In this document: one piece after another, positions 25,481 to 36,635 of the stretch
Layout of the letters: each line of letters starts with the position of its first letter
Position numbering within the stretch: position 1 is the stretch's first letter
Source: Malacoraja senta
Taxonomy: Eukaryota
Length of the DNA stretch: 64,000 nucleotides
Direction: 5' to 3'
NCBI GenBank assembly: GCA_038087875.1
Contig: CM075988.1
Location: 1,798,001 to 1,862,000 of the forward strand
Translations under genes and position numbers: made by a program
The notes under the pieces: generated by a model
What the model was told of the DNA's origin: nothing
Databases searched by the model: none
The model's input: the letters and a program-made list of their open reading frames with translations, nothing else

Positions 25481-28400
25481 TGTAGATTGGTTATTGCATG
25501 TGAACCAATCATAGTAGAATAACATCACTAACCCCACCTTACTGTATGATTCATACTAACACCCACTTCCTACACTGGTCAGTCTTGGAAGCGGTAACGA
25601 TGAACTAACAACTAACGACCTTCTATACCGCTATAGTATGGGTACTGATTAAAGATGATCTTGAACTCCGGATTGTACAGTTTGCTTATTTACATGGTGT
25701 CATTAAGCTTGGAGTAACCCACTGCGTCCTTTTACCTGTATTTATTTCTGTTTATCAGTTTTTTTTCTTGCTTCGCTATGGCTCAATCTGCACAGCTTAT
25801 CTTCGATTTTGACATCGGTGAAAGATGGAGACTCTTTGAAATTGATTACGAACACTACATCAATATCGTCCACCGAAATGAACCAGACTCTGTCAAGGCT
25901 TCCCTCTTACTTAACCTGGCGGGACCCGAAGCCATGATGAGAGCTCGGACATTTGAATACGCACCAGCTGTCCATGACGACAACGATCAGGTAGTTGTGC
26001 CTGCCGAGTCTATGCGTGACCCTAATGTTTTACTGGGTAAATTCCGTGAACTATGTGACCTGCCGTCGAACCTCATTTTAGAAAGAGCCAAATTCTTTGC
26101 GAGACACCAGCTTCCTGATGAGCCGGTAGAGAGATTTATTTGTGATTTAAAATACATGGCTCAAAGGTGCCGGTTCCAAATCATGATGAATGAATTGATA
26201 CGAGACAAACTGGCCTGGCATGGCCAAGTACAGCCTGGCGCTGCACCAACAGAGACAGCCCCTGCTACAACAACCTCCACCAGCACTGCCCTGGACGTCG
26301 TGGCAGCAGACATTTTCGAATGGCACGGTAAACATTATCTAGTCCTGGTCGACTCCTATTCTAACTGGTTCGAACTTGATTTACTGCCTTCTATCACACC
26401 AGAGATGGTCATTCAAAAGCTAGAGACACTTCTCCACATTCGGCGCACCTGTCCGCTTGCAGACCGACAACGGAAGACAGTTTACCAGTCACGCCTTCAA
26501 ACACTTTGCTAACCGATGGAATTTCCACCATGTCACGAGCAGCCCCGAATACCCACAAAGTAACGGGCTCGCTGAACGAGCCGTCAGAAGCGCAAAACAG
26601 CTAATGGAACGCACCCACCTAGCCAAGTCAGATGTGTACCTTGACCTTTTAAACCTCAGAAACATCGCTAGAGATGGGGTCCTGGGCTCGCCAGCCCAAC
26701 GCCTGATATCCAGAACAACGAGACCACTGATACCAATTGCCCAGCAGAAGCTTGCACCACAGGGAGTGGGAGTGGCGGCGCCTAACGGCAGCGGCTGAAC
26801 TACAGTCGTTCGTCTTTTTACATTTTTTTTGTCTTGTTAAATGTATGTCTTGAGCTTAGTTTTAATTATTTTTTTGCTGTGTATATGTGGGGGTGGAGGG
26901 GGGGATGTTGGGGAAACCGTTAATCTCTTCCCTGTACGGGGACCCGACTTTTTCCCTGTCGGATCTCCGATGTCGTTGGGCCTAACATTGTGGAGCTGGC
27001 GGCGGCCTCCGGCCGGGACTAACCTGAGGGCTCCAGTCGCGGAGCCTGGGACCTGACATCGCGGAGCTGGCCGGCTTTGGAGCGGGGAGAGCTGTGGTGG
27101 CGCTCGGCTGCGACCCGACTTTGGAGTTTCGGAAGCTCCGGCTGCAGGCCCGGTGGACAGTAACATCGGGAGCTCCAGGTCCCTGGTGGGAGACGGCTTT
27201 TCGGAGCTCCCGCAACGGCAACTTCTCCCGCTGGAATCGCGAGGTTTGGAGGACACGGAGCGAGGCCTAACATCGCCCGGCGCGGGTTGGCGGCCACGGG
27301 ACTTACCATCGTCCGCCGGGGGCTCTAACATCAGAGCCCCAGTTCGCCTAGACGCTGCAGTTGGACTGCGGATTGGACTGCTTGAACCGCGGGGTTTGAA
27401 GGACACGGAGCCGGGGCCTGGCATTGCCCGGCGTGGCTAAATGGCCACAGGACTTACCATCGTCCGCCGGGGGCTTTAACACCGGAGCCCCAGTTCGCCT
27501 AGACGCTGCAGTTGGACTGCTGGACCGCGGGTGAAGAATAAAGGGAAGAGATAAGACTTTGCCTTCCATCACAGTGAGGAGGTGTTGGAGACTCACTGTG
27601 ATGGATGTTTATGTAAACTGTGTTAAGTGTGAGTCTTGGTTGTTTTTTGTAATGTAAAAAACTGTAGTAATGATATTTCGTTCAAGCCTAGGTTTGAATG
27701 ACAATAAATAGCATTCATTCATTCATTCATTCACAGGTGCTGAAGCCAGCCACGATCCAGAAGCGCATCCAGGAGAAACACAACATCCTGCAAACCACTT
27801 AAACCACTACTACCGGGCCAAGTCGTCCGTTTGCAAACTACTGTGGGACATTCCCGTCTAGGTTGCGTTGTTGGCCCGTCCAAAGAACCCCGATCCTACC
27901 TTGTTGACATCGATGGCGCTTTGTACCGTTGGAGCCGCCAACACTTGCTAGCTGTGAAGGAACCACGTCCACCACCAGCCGATCCTTTCGCTCCATCTCT
28001 ACTGTTCCAGCCGTCTGCTGCCGTGGCCACCACCAGTTCCAGCATGTCCCTTACTCCACCATGACCGGTGGCTATGACTAACAACAACACTACTTCTCCC
28101 GCATGCTCCCCCTGTCGGTCACCACGAGTGTCCCCTGCTGCTTTCTCACTTCCGGGTTCACCGCCTCCCTCTAACTTTTCTGGCGAAGGGGGAAAGGGCT
28201 TGGTCCGTACGCGTTCGGGCCGTATTAGCAGACCGCCTGACAGATATGGCAAGTATGTTTGAATTCTAGCTGCATGTGTGTTTAACTATATTCGCTATTT
28301 ACGGGGAAGGATGTAGATTGGTTATTGCATGTGAACCAATCATAGTAGAATAGCATCACTAACCCCACCTTACTGTATGATTCATACTAACACCCACTTC

Positions 28401-28525
28401 CTACACTGGTCAATCTTGGAAGCGGTAACGATGAACTAACAACTAACAACCTGCTGTACCGCTATAATATGGGTACTGATTAAAGATGATCTTGAACCCC
28501 GGATTGTACAGTTTGCTTATTTACA
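25481..28525 (+). mobile_element. Internally deleted Gypsy LTR retrotransposon
   Basis: 214-bp TG...CA LTRs at 25481-25694 and 28312-28525 (7 differences by eye); 5-bp TSD CTTAC; PBS-like TGGTGTCA; PPT GGGGAAGGA; gag N-part joined to integrase (ADIF, TDNGRQF, PQSNGLAER); no PR/RT/RH. Confidence 0.95.
26764..27731 (+). mobile_element. Non-coding non-autonomous retroelement with Rex1-like 3' tail
   Basis: 6-bp TSD CACAGG at 26758-26763 and 27732-27737; tail ATTTCGTTC...ATGACAATAAA-(CATT)n resembles the Rex1 tail at 8031-8087; internal ~150-bp-period duplication at 27241-27520. Confidence 0.85.
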
Positions 28526-31500
28526 CTTACTGAGAATATATTTTATATTGGAGAAAGGCATTAATTTGATGCTTATTTCTCAATTATTTTGAAGCAATAA
28601 GCCTGATTAATTCCATATCAGCAGATTGATCTTCTCGCTGTCAATCATCATGAAGGTAACGCTCCTTCTGGCACCCACTGTTAATCACCGGGGCAAGGAG
28701 AATTAAAACCCAGAGGCGGGGCTGAGTCCACAAGCCATGCTGATTGAGTCCACAACCCGGCTGTGTTTCGCTGATGACGTCACAATGGATCTGCGTGCCT
28801 GCCTGCCATTTTGCTCACGCTGCGAGTGACGCTGCTCCCTCCCCGCTGCTCGCTCCTCGCTGCTCCCCACCCCAGCTGCTCCCTCCCTGCTGCAACCCCC
28901 GCTGCTCCCCCCACTGCTCGCTCTCCACTGCTCCCCCCGCTGCTCGCTCCCCACTGCTCCCTCCCGTTGCTCGCTCCCCGCTGCTCGCTCCTCGCTGCTC
29001 CCTCCCTGCTGCAGCCCCCGCTGCTCCCCCCACTGCTCGCTCCCCACTGCTCCCCCCCACTGCTCCCCCCCACTGCTCCCCCCCCTCTGCTCCCTCCCGT
29101 TGCTCGCTCCCCGCTGCTCCCCGGCCGCCCGCCCCGCTCCCCACCCCTCCTCCTCTCCCTCCCTTCCCCCTCCCTCCTCCCCCTCTCTCCCCCTCTCCCT
29201 TTCCACTGTGTGCCCCTCTCTGTGCCTCTGTGTCCGCCTCTCTGTGTCTCTCTCTGTGCCTCTGTGTCCCGCTCTCTCTACCCACCTCCCTCTGTAGCCG
29301 CGCCTGCGAGTTGGGGGCTGTGCGTGAGTGGATAGGGAGGGGCTTGGGGGTAAAAGGAGTGAATGAATAATATTATTATAATATCAATGGGGGTGGTTAG
29401 TGTGTTGGGGTGGTTAGTGTGTGTGGGGTTGGTTAGTGCTTGTGGGACACCGCAGGCCGCCCCCCTCCCCCCACAACTGTGCGTTGAGGGGACAGGACCC
29501 AATGGGTCCCACTTGGTCTAGTACTGTATAACATTGTAAAGATTAGTGGGAAGCCAGAGGAATGGGAAGCTTTTAAAGAACAACAGAAGGTAACTAAAAA
29601 GGCAATACGGGGAGAAAAGATGAAATACGAAGGTAAGCTAGCTAATAATATAAAAAAGGATAGCAAGAGTTTCTTCAGTAATATAAAGAGGCAAGAGTGG
29701 ACGTTGGACCGCTGGAAAATAATGCAAGAGAAGTGATAATGGGGAATAAAGAAATGGCCGAGGAGCTGAATAACATTTTGCATCAGTCTTCACAGTGGAA
29801 GACACCAGCAACGTGCCTGAAAGTCAGGGGATGGAAGTTAGTGGAGTGGCCATTACTAGGGAGAAGGTGCTTGGGAAGCTGAAAGGGCTGAAGGTGGATA
29901 AGTCACCTGGACCGGATGGACTCCATCCTAGGGTTCTGAAAGAGGTGGCTTTAGATTGTGGAGGCATTGATAGTGATATTTCAAGAATCACGAGAGTCCG
30001 GAGTGGTGATTGGAAAATTGTCAATATTACCCCGCAGCACAAGAAGGGAGCAAAGCAGAATAGTGTGAACTATAGGCTGGTTAGTCTGACTGGTGATTGG
30101 TAAGATTTTAGAGTCCAATATAGAGGATGAGGTTACGGAGTATTTAGGTTACGGAGTATGATAAAATAGGCCGAAGTTAGCATGGCTTTGTGAAGGCCTG
30201 AATAATTTGCTGGTATTCTTTGAGACGTAAATAGCAGGACAGACAAAGGAGAGGCAGCAGATGTTGTTCATGTAGATTTTCAGAAAGCCTTTGATAAAGT
30301 GCCACATGGGAGACTGCTAAGGAAGATGAGAGAGCCCATGGTATCAAAGGGCAGATACTAGCATGGATAGCAAGTTGGTTTAATGGCAGAAGGCAAAGAG
30401 TGGCAATAAAGGGGGCTTTTTCTGGTTGGCTGCCAGTGACTAGCGGAGTTCCGCAGGGCTCAGTGCTGGGACCGCTGCTCTTCACGCTGTGTATTAATGA
30501 TTTGGGTGAGCGTCTAAGATGATACGAAAATAGATGGAGGGGTAGGTAGTGTAGAGAAAGCAAGGACTTGGATAGGTTGGGAGAGTGGGCAGAGGGAATA
30601 TAATGTAACAAAGTGTGGAGTCATGCATTTTGGTAGTAGGAATAAAGGCATAGATTATTTTCCAAATGGGGAGAGAATCCAGAAATCGGAGGTGCAAAGG
30701 GACTTGGGAGTGCTGGTGCAGGGTTTCCAAAAGGTTAATCTGCAAATCGAATCGGTAGTAAAGTAAGCAAACGCAGTTCTAGCATTTATTTTGAGAAGGC
30801 TTGTATACATAAACAGTGATGTAATGCTGAGGCTCTATAAGGCACTGGTCAGGCTGCATTTGGAATATTGTGAGCAATTATGGGCACAATATCTGAGGAA
30901 TTATGTGCTAGCTCTGGAGAGGGTCCAGATGATGAGCGCACATGATGAGCGTATGATGGCACTGGGCCTGTAGTCGCTGGAGTTAAGAAGAATGAGGGGA
31001 ACCTCGTTGAAATGTACAGAACGATGAAAGGCTTGGATAGAGTGGATGTGGAGAGGATGTGGAGAGGATGTTTTTCACTAGTGGGAGAGTCTAGGACTAG
31101 AGGTCATAGCTTTTACGAAGGAGATGCGGAGGAATTTCTTTAGTCAGAGGCTAGTGAACCTGTGGAATTCTTTGCCACAGAATGCTGTGGAGGCCATCAG
31201 TGAATATATTTAAGGCAGAGATAGATAGATTCTTCATTTGTACGGATGTCAGAGGTTATGGGGAGAAGGCAAAAGAATGGGGTTGGTAGGGAGAGATAGA
31301 TCAGCCATGATTGAATGGCGGAGCAGACGATGGGCCGAATGTCCTAATTCTGCTCCTATCACTGATGATCTTATAGGGGACAAAAGCGGGTAAATAGGAT
31401 GTGTGAATGAGGCATCTTGGTCGACATGGCCAGGTTGGGCCGAAGGGCTTGTTTCGTGCTGTATATTCTATGACTGAAGGATCAGGTGAGGGTTTGGTCA

Positions 31501-31930
31501 ACCTCCACATTTATTGAAACTGTCAATAACTAGGCCTTAAACTGAAAATTAAGGGAGCTCAACATAACAGGTCTAGTATAAATAATACAAATTAAGAGCA
31601 CGAACATAACAGAACTCAACGATTAGTGTTCTCCACACTTATCTCACTGTCCGCAATGTCTTTCTCTCTGGTGAAAAGACATACAAAGTACTGGTTTACT
31701 ACTTTGTGCCTACTTCCTCAAAAGAATGTAAAAAAGTTTATATCCACACCTGAACCCTAAAGAAACTGAGCACCTCATAACTGATCTCCACTAAATAAAT
31801 CTTGGGACCCCGATATAATTCAACTCAATGAAAAACACAGCCCCAAAATATTTTAATTTCAGTAACTAAAGCCCAATCTATTCAGGTAAACCATTCATGT
31901 ATATGAAACTGCCCTCAGTGTGGGATACAT

Positions 31931-32275
31931 GAGGGGGCGACGCTGGGCCTGGGGGCGACGCTGGGCCTGGGGGAGACGCTCGGCCTGGGGGCAACTCTGG
32001 GCCTGGGGGCGGCGCTGGGCCTGGGAGAGACGCTGGGCCTGGGAGAGACGCTGGGCCTGGGGGCAACGCTGGGCCTGGGGGACGGCGCTGGGCCTGGGAG
32101 ATACGCTGGGCCTGGGGGCGACGTTGGGCCTGGGGGCGGCGCTGGGCCTGGGAGAGACGCTGGGCCTAGGAGAGACGCTGGGCCTGGGGGCAAAGCTGGG
32201 CCTGGGAGAGACGCTGGGCCTGGGGGCGACGTTGGGCCTGGGGGCGGCGCTGGGTCCAGAGGCGGCCGGGCCTCT
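31931..32275. repeat. 18-bp GC-rich minisatellite, about 19 copies
   Basis: Unit GGG(G/A)G(C/A)GACGCTGGGCCT. Confidence 0.95.
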
Positions 32276-32634
32276 GGGCCGACGCCCGGGGATACTCGAG
32301 ATCCTTTCCCGAGATCCGGCCCCACGCAACATGAGCCGCTTTTCCGAGATGCCCAGCGTGCCTTTCCGTGACGCGGAGAGATACGTACTGTACAGGTTGC
32401 TCCTGCACATTCTACACTTCCTCACCCTCGTCTTCCATCTGGACCCGCCCTGGCGGTCTGTGTTACCATCTGACGGCGGCAGTGGACCCCAGTTGAGGTC
32501 TCTCTTTACATCGGGGACCTGGGGTGGAGAGTGTTGCACAGAGCTGTGGCGTGTAACAGATATTTGAGCCAGTTCACCAATTCGCCAACCGCCTGTCATT
32601 TCCGCGGCGAGGAAGAGACCGTGTTCCATATGTA

Positions 32635-34327
32635 CAGGGCAGGCCTTAGGAGGTGCGGGGCCCAATTGGGAACAATTTTGGTGAGCCCCAGGTCCCAGCC
32701 AAGATCTGTAGAATCATAGAAATACAAATAAAGTCTATTATAGACTTTACATCTCTACGGTAGAATGGAAAGTAATCAAAATGTCGCTTAAAAAATGCCT
32801 GCGACTTAATGGACCAAACAGATCTAAGCTACATTTTAATATCAAATTGCATACATGTAAGCCTACAAGTAACAAACTAAATGTGTAGATCACCTCTGAA
32901 AAGTACATAGTTACAATACCACTTGTTTTAGTGACTGTGAAATGAAAAAAAAGTAATTTAATTAACTAGATCCTGGCAAACCAATAACTATTGGCGAAAA
33001 ACCAGTCCAGGCATTAAATTTTGGGCTTCAGCCCCATCCTACCCTTTGGGCTTCTACCCCATCCTAACTTAGTTGTGTGGGTGTGTGGGTGTGTGTGTGT
33101 ATGTGTGTGTGTGTTAGTTGTCTGTGCGTTACGTGTGTGTGTGGGGGAGGGAAGGAGAGAAGGGAGGAAGGAGAGAAGGGAGTGAGGAAAGTAGAGAAAG
33201 AAGGGAGGGAGGGAAGGAGAGAAGGAAAAAGGAGAGAAGGAAAAGAGAGAGAGGAAGGAGAGAAAGAGGGGAGGGGGGAAGGAGAGAAAGGAGGGAGAGA
33301 AGGGAAAAAAGAGAGATGGAGGGAGGGAAGGGAGGGAGGGAAGTGAAAGAGAGAAGGGAGGGAGGGAGAGGGCCGGCGGCGGGAGCCGGGGTCCAGGCGA
33401 ACGCATGTGAGATGAGGCCGAGGTTTGTAAATGTTGCTCCAATCCCCGGCCCGGCCCTCCCTGTATTGTTCACCACGTCTCCCCTGTTGCCATCCAGTAA
33501 AAGATGAATGAGGGAATCAGTACAGGATGGATCGGGGGGGGGGGGGGGGGTCAGTATAGGATGAATGAGGGGATCAGTACAGGATGAATGGGGGGTGGCA
33601 GTGCAGGATGGATGGGAAAGGGGTGAGTACAGGATGGAATGGGGATCAGTGGAGAGGAGGGGTCCCAGGATAAGGGGGGCGTACAAGAGGGAGAGAGAGA
33701 GAGGGGGGGGGGAAGTGGGGAGGAAGGAAGGTCAGCGCTCATTGGACAGGGACGGTATCATCGCGCCGCTGCCTTGGCTGCGTCTGTCCACCGCCGCCGC
33801 CAATGGGGGAGGCCGTTGGGAACTCCTCGCCACAGCCTCCCCTCCTCCAGCAAGGTGCGGGGCCTCAGATGGCGAAAGGGCGCCTCCCCCTCCCTCCTCC
33901 CGGCCTCGGCATGTGGGAGGGTTTGTTTTGAAAGCGGTATCGCCGTTAGCGGATTGGTGGGCGGGGTGCTGGAGGAGGAGGAGGAGCCGCTTTCGCTGTC
34001 GCTGCCAAACATCCTATAGTTGGCCGCTGCTGCTGTGCGGGGCCATCATTCACTCCGACCCTCCATCACTCCACACCCCTTATCTTTGCTCCGCACTACG
34101 TCGTCAGCGCCGACACAAAACGTCACGTTCCTTTGCTCCAGAGATGCTGCTTGACCCACTGAGTTACTTCAGTTTTTCGTGTCTCTCTTAGGTATAAACC
34201 AAAGATTATCTAGTATATTTGGTATAAACCAGTATCTGCAGTGCCGAGCCAGGCACTGCGCGGGGCCCCCCTTCGGCGCGGGGCCCAATTGGGAGCAATC
34301 GGTCCAATCGGCTTAAGGCCGGCCCTG
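32635..34327. mobile_element. Non-autonomous hAT DNA transposon
   Basis: 8-bp TSD CATATGTA at 32627-32634 and 34328-34335; TIRs CAGGGCAGGCCTTA / TAAGGCCGGCCCTG. Confidence 0.92.
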
Positions 34328-34443
34328 CATATGTACATGCAGTGTGAGAGGTTGCAGCCCCTGTTCGACTATCTGAAGGGGCTGCTCCTCAGGTTCGGCT
34401 GCACTTTAGCCCCAAGCTCCTGATATTTGGTCACCCAGTACAG

Positions 34444-35692
34444 TAGGTATGTTACAAAACTTACCTTCAGCGGCGCTGCAGTTCTGTCACTGCCCGTGTG
34501 TGCGACTTTGGTGCCTTTGAGAGGGGGGCGGGTTTAAAATGCGATATTTCGGCAGCCTATTAAAATCGATGTCTGTCAGGTAAATTAGCTGCTAAAGAAA
34601 AATCGCTTCGACTGCCGTTTTATTAAGTTTATTAAAATTAGCGCTGGATAATTAAATTGTTGGAGTAAAATTAAAATCATCTTCAAATGCCGTCAACGCC
34701 GACAACGGGGACGGATTTCACGCACGGGACGCCGTTTATTTTTTCATATAAACTTGCTTCTTAGGATGCCCTTAATCAAAATTTCTCGTTGCGAAATTGT
34801 GACTATGTAAATATACCAACCGGCAGTATTTTTCCTGCCGATATTGGGGTTTTAATTCACTGCAACCGCAACGTTCCAAACCAGCGCGTTCCACAAAAAC
34901 CCACTCGCAAGATGATTTAAATGCCCATTAATTTACAGGAATCAAACACTAAATTCCTTCCATTTGGCCTATAAATTCATGACAATCAGATTTAAAAATA
35001 ATGTTATATTGTGAATTCTTGTGTGAATGTTATTTGGACACTTAGGCTTTTAAAAAATGTTAACCTTTTCTTAAGAAATTGATAGATGTTTAGATCTAGT
35101 AATTGAATTTTGTAATTAGCTTCTTCTTCTTCGAGGCCGTTGCAATCTCAGATGTCGTTCTGCCAGTATCTGGCGCAGGTCACAGCTGGTCGAGTCGGTT
35201 CAGCCAGGTTCTGGGGGCTGCACTGGGGGGCGTCGTCACACTCCAGTAGGTGGGACATTGTCTGTACTGCTCCACAGCTGCATGTGTCTTCTGCCTGGTA
35301 GTTCCATGCTTTCACAAGTGCTATAAGTAATTAGCTACAATTGGGTAACTAACTAATTATATGCTTTAATTTCAGGTCATCCAAGTAAGATTGTTTCATA
35401 TTTGGTTCAGAATGCGTCAATCTATAATAACTGGGAATTTCATTAAGTTCTCTTAATTTTTAAGAAAGTTATGGACTTTTGACTGTCCTTGATCACAGCT
35501 TTTGTGTTAAGTCAATGGAAAAGCAATAGGGAACAAGATGCTAATTTCCGAGTATGAAAATGGCCATAACTGTTTTAATACCGAAGATATGAAAGTGAAT
35601 TAGGTGTCAAATTAAACTTCTTTTTTATGCTTTATCTGATGGGATAATTGCAGACTTGATTTTTAAATTCTAAAAATTTTGTGACATTGCTA
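34444..35692 (+). mobile_element. Unclassified non-autonomous DNA transposon with TAG...CTA ends (copy 1)
   Basis: TIRs TAGGTATGTTACAAAA / TTTTGTGACATTGCTA; flanking AGTACAG repeated at 34437-34443 and 35693-35699. Confidence 0.85.
35122..35326 (-). mobile_element. LINE 3' fragment with (GAA)n tail (Vingi/Ingi-like)
   Basis: 10-bp TSD GTAATTAGCT at 35112-35121 and 35327-35336; minus strand encodes AWNY...CSCGAVQTMSHLLEC...ARYWQNDI-stop, then CTCGAAGAAGAAG. Confidence 0.8.
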
Positions 35693-36149
35693 AGTACAGT
35701 GAGGAAAGGGTTGGGAGGGGGGGCGGTCTCCCTGTCGGTTTGCTCCTCCTGGGTTTGCCAAGATGGCCATTCGCGTGTCCAGGCAGTGGGTAGTCTAGGG
35801 TCACACCACAGTCGGCTGCCTGCCCCTCTTCCGGGCCTACGTCTGTGCTCGCATGTCCCTGGAGAGGGAACACGCGGTGTCCACAGGGACCCTGGAGACC
35901 TTCCGTGAACGCTGGTGGCCGTGGAATGTTTTTTTGATAATGTTGACGTTATTTTAATTTGATAACTGTTTCTTTGTAAACTTTGTATTCAAGTGCACTC
36001 GGGCCCCGCCCCGGCACCGACCTGCGTCATGCTGGCGTCAACAGGTGGTGGTGCTACACGGGACCTGCCCGGCCTAGGCCTCGCCTCCCAGACTGGACCT
36101 GGCTCTCACACACATGCCCGGGCATAGAGGCCTCTCCGGAGAGCAGGCC

Positions 36150-36512
36150 CAAGGGGCGGGGCTGAGTGGGAGGCGGGTCCAGGGTGGGGCTTGGCTGGGT
36201 GGGGCGGGGCCTGGGTGGGTAGCCAGGCCTGGTGAGGGGCGGGGCCTGGTGAGGGGCGGGGCCTGGTGAGAGGCAGGGGCCTGGTGAAGGGTGGGGCTGA
36301 GTGGGAGGCGGGTCCAGGGTGGGGCTTGGCTGGTGGGGCGGGGCCTAGGTGGGTAGGCAGGGCCTGGTGAGGGGCGGGGTCTGGTGAGGGGCGGGGTCTG
36401 GTGAGGGGCGGGCCTGGTGAGGGGCGGGGCCTGGTGATGCACCCAAGGGTGGGGCGGCTGGGAAGCGCTGCCAAAGGTAGGGGTGGGCCCTGGGTGGGGG
36501 CGGGGCCTGGGG
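36150..36512. repeat. 17-bp GC-box minisatellite
   Basis: Unit GGTGAGGGGCGGGGCCT with a higher-order duplication. Confidence 0.9.
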
Positions 36513-36635
36513 AGGGCTGTGCTTTTTCTCCATATCCCTTGATTCCTTTGCCCTAAGATCTAAATCTACTCTCTTGAAAACATCCAGTGAAATGGCCTCC
36601 ACTGCCATCAGTGGCAACATATTCCACAGATTCAA

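Larger units (their letters stand above)
25132..29521 (+). mobile_element. Non-autonomous Helitron carrying a nested Gypsy element
   Basis: 5' TC(TATC)TATACTATTACTAAAACTCTCATCTTG (start 25132 or 25136); 3' GGACCCAATGGGTCC hairpin then ACTTGGTCTAG; A/T flanks; GCTCCCC-rich repeats at 28830-29125. Confidence 0.85.
12920..31374 (+). mobile_element. Full-length degraded CR1, pieces ~12920-14275, 24157-25131, 29522-31374
   Basis: ORF1 remnants (CCSCMMW...CSKC; IISGLLP esterase-like). The EN start NTKLKVLYLN rejoins across the DIRS. EN GDFN/SDH at 24.5-24.9 kb; RT at 29.8-31.0 kb; 3' UTR ends ~31374. Confidence 0.82.
4131..31475 (+). mobile_element. Old CR1 LINE (outermost host), pieces ~4131-4955, 8094-8615, 10721-11487, 12904-12919, 31375-31475
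   Basis: Collinear degraded ORF2 pieces (WVANVVPLFKKG...LTSVVSKLLE|RIQRD; RT; C-terminus). The 3' end after tttagagggatat resumes at 31375 (ggggacaaaagcgggtaaat...ggccgaagggc). Confidence 0.7.
32290..35990 (+). mobile_element. Tx1-like (L1 clade) LINE 3' fragment, pieces ~32290-32634, 34336-34443, 35700-35990
   Basis: LYRLLLHILHF...PWRSVL; the knuckle ACHFRGEEETVFHMY|MQCERLQPLFDYL rejoins across the hAT insert. Confidence 0.78.

Noticed and set aside
28703..29370. Multiple ORFs of 150-200 aa
   Set aside because: Simple GCTCCCC-type repeats inside the Helitron.
31480..31930. Possible minus-strand LINE 3' end with AATAAA
   Set aside because: No diagnostic motif, tail or TSD that I could support.
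31878..32325. Collagen-like PGP / ALGLG repeat proteins
   Set aside because: Translations of the 18-bp minisatellite.
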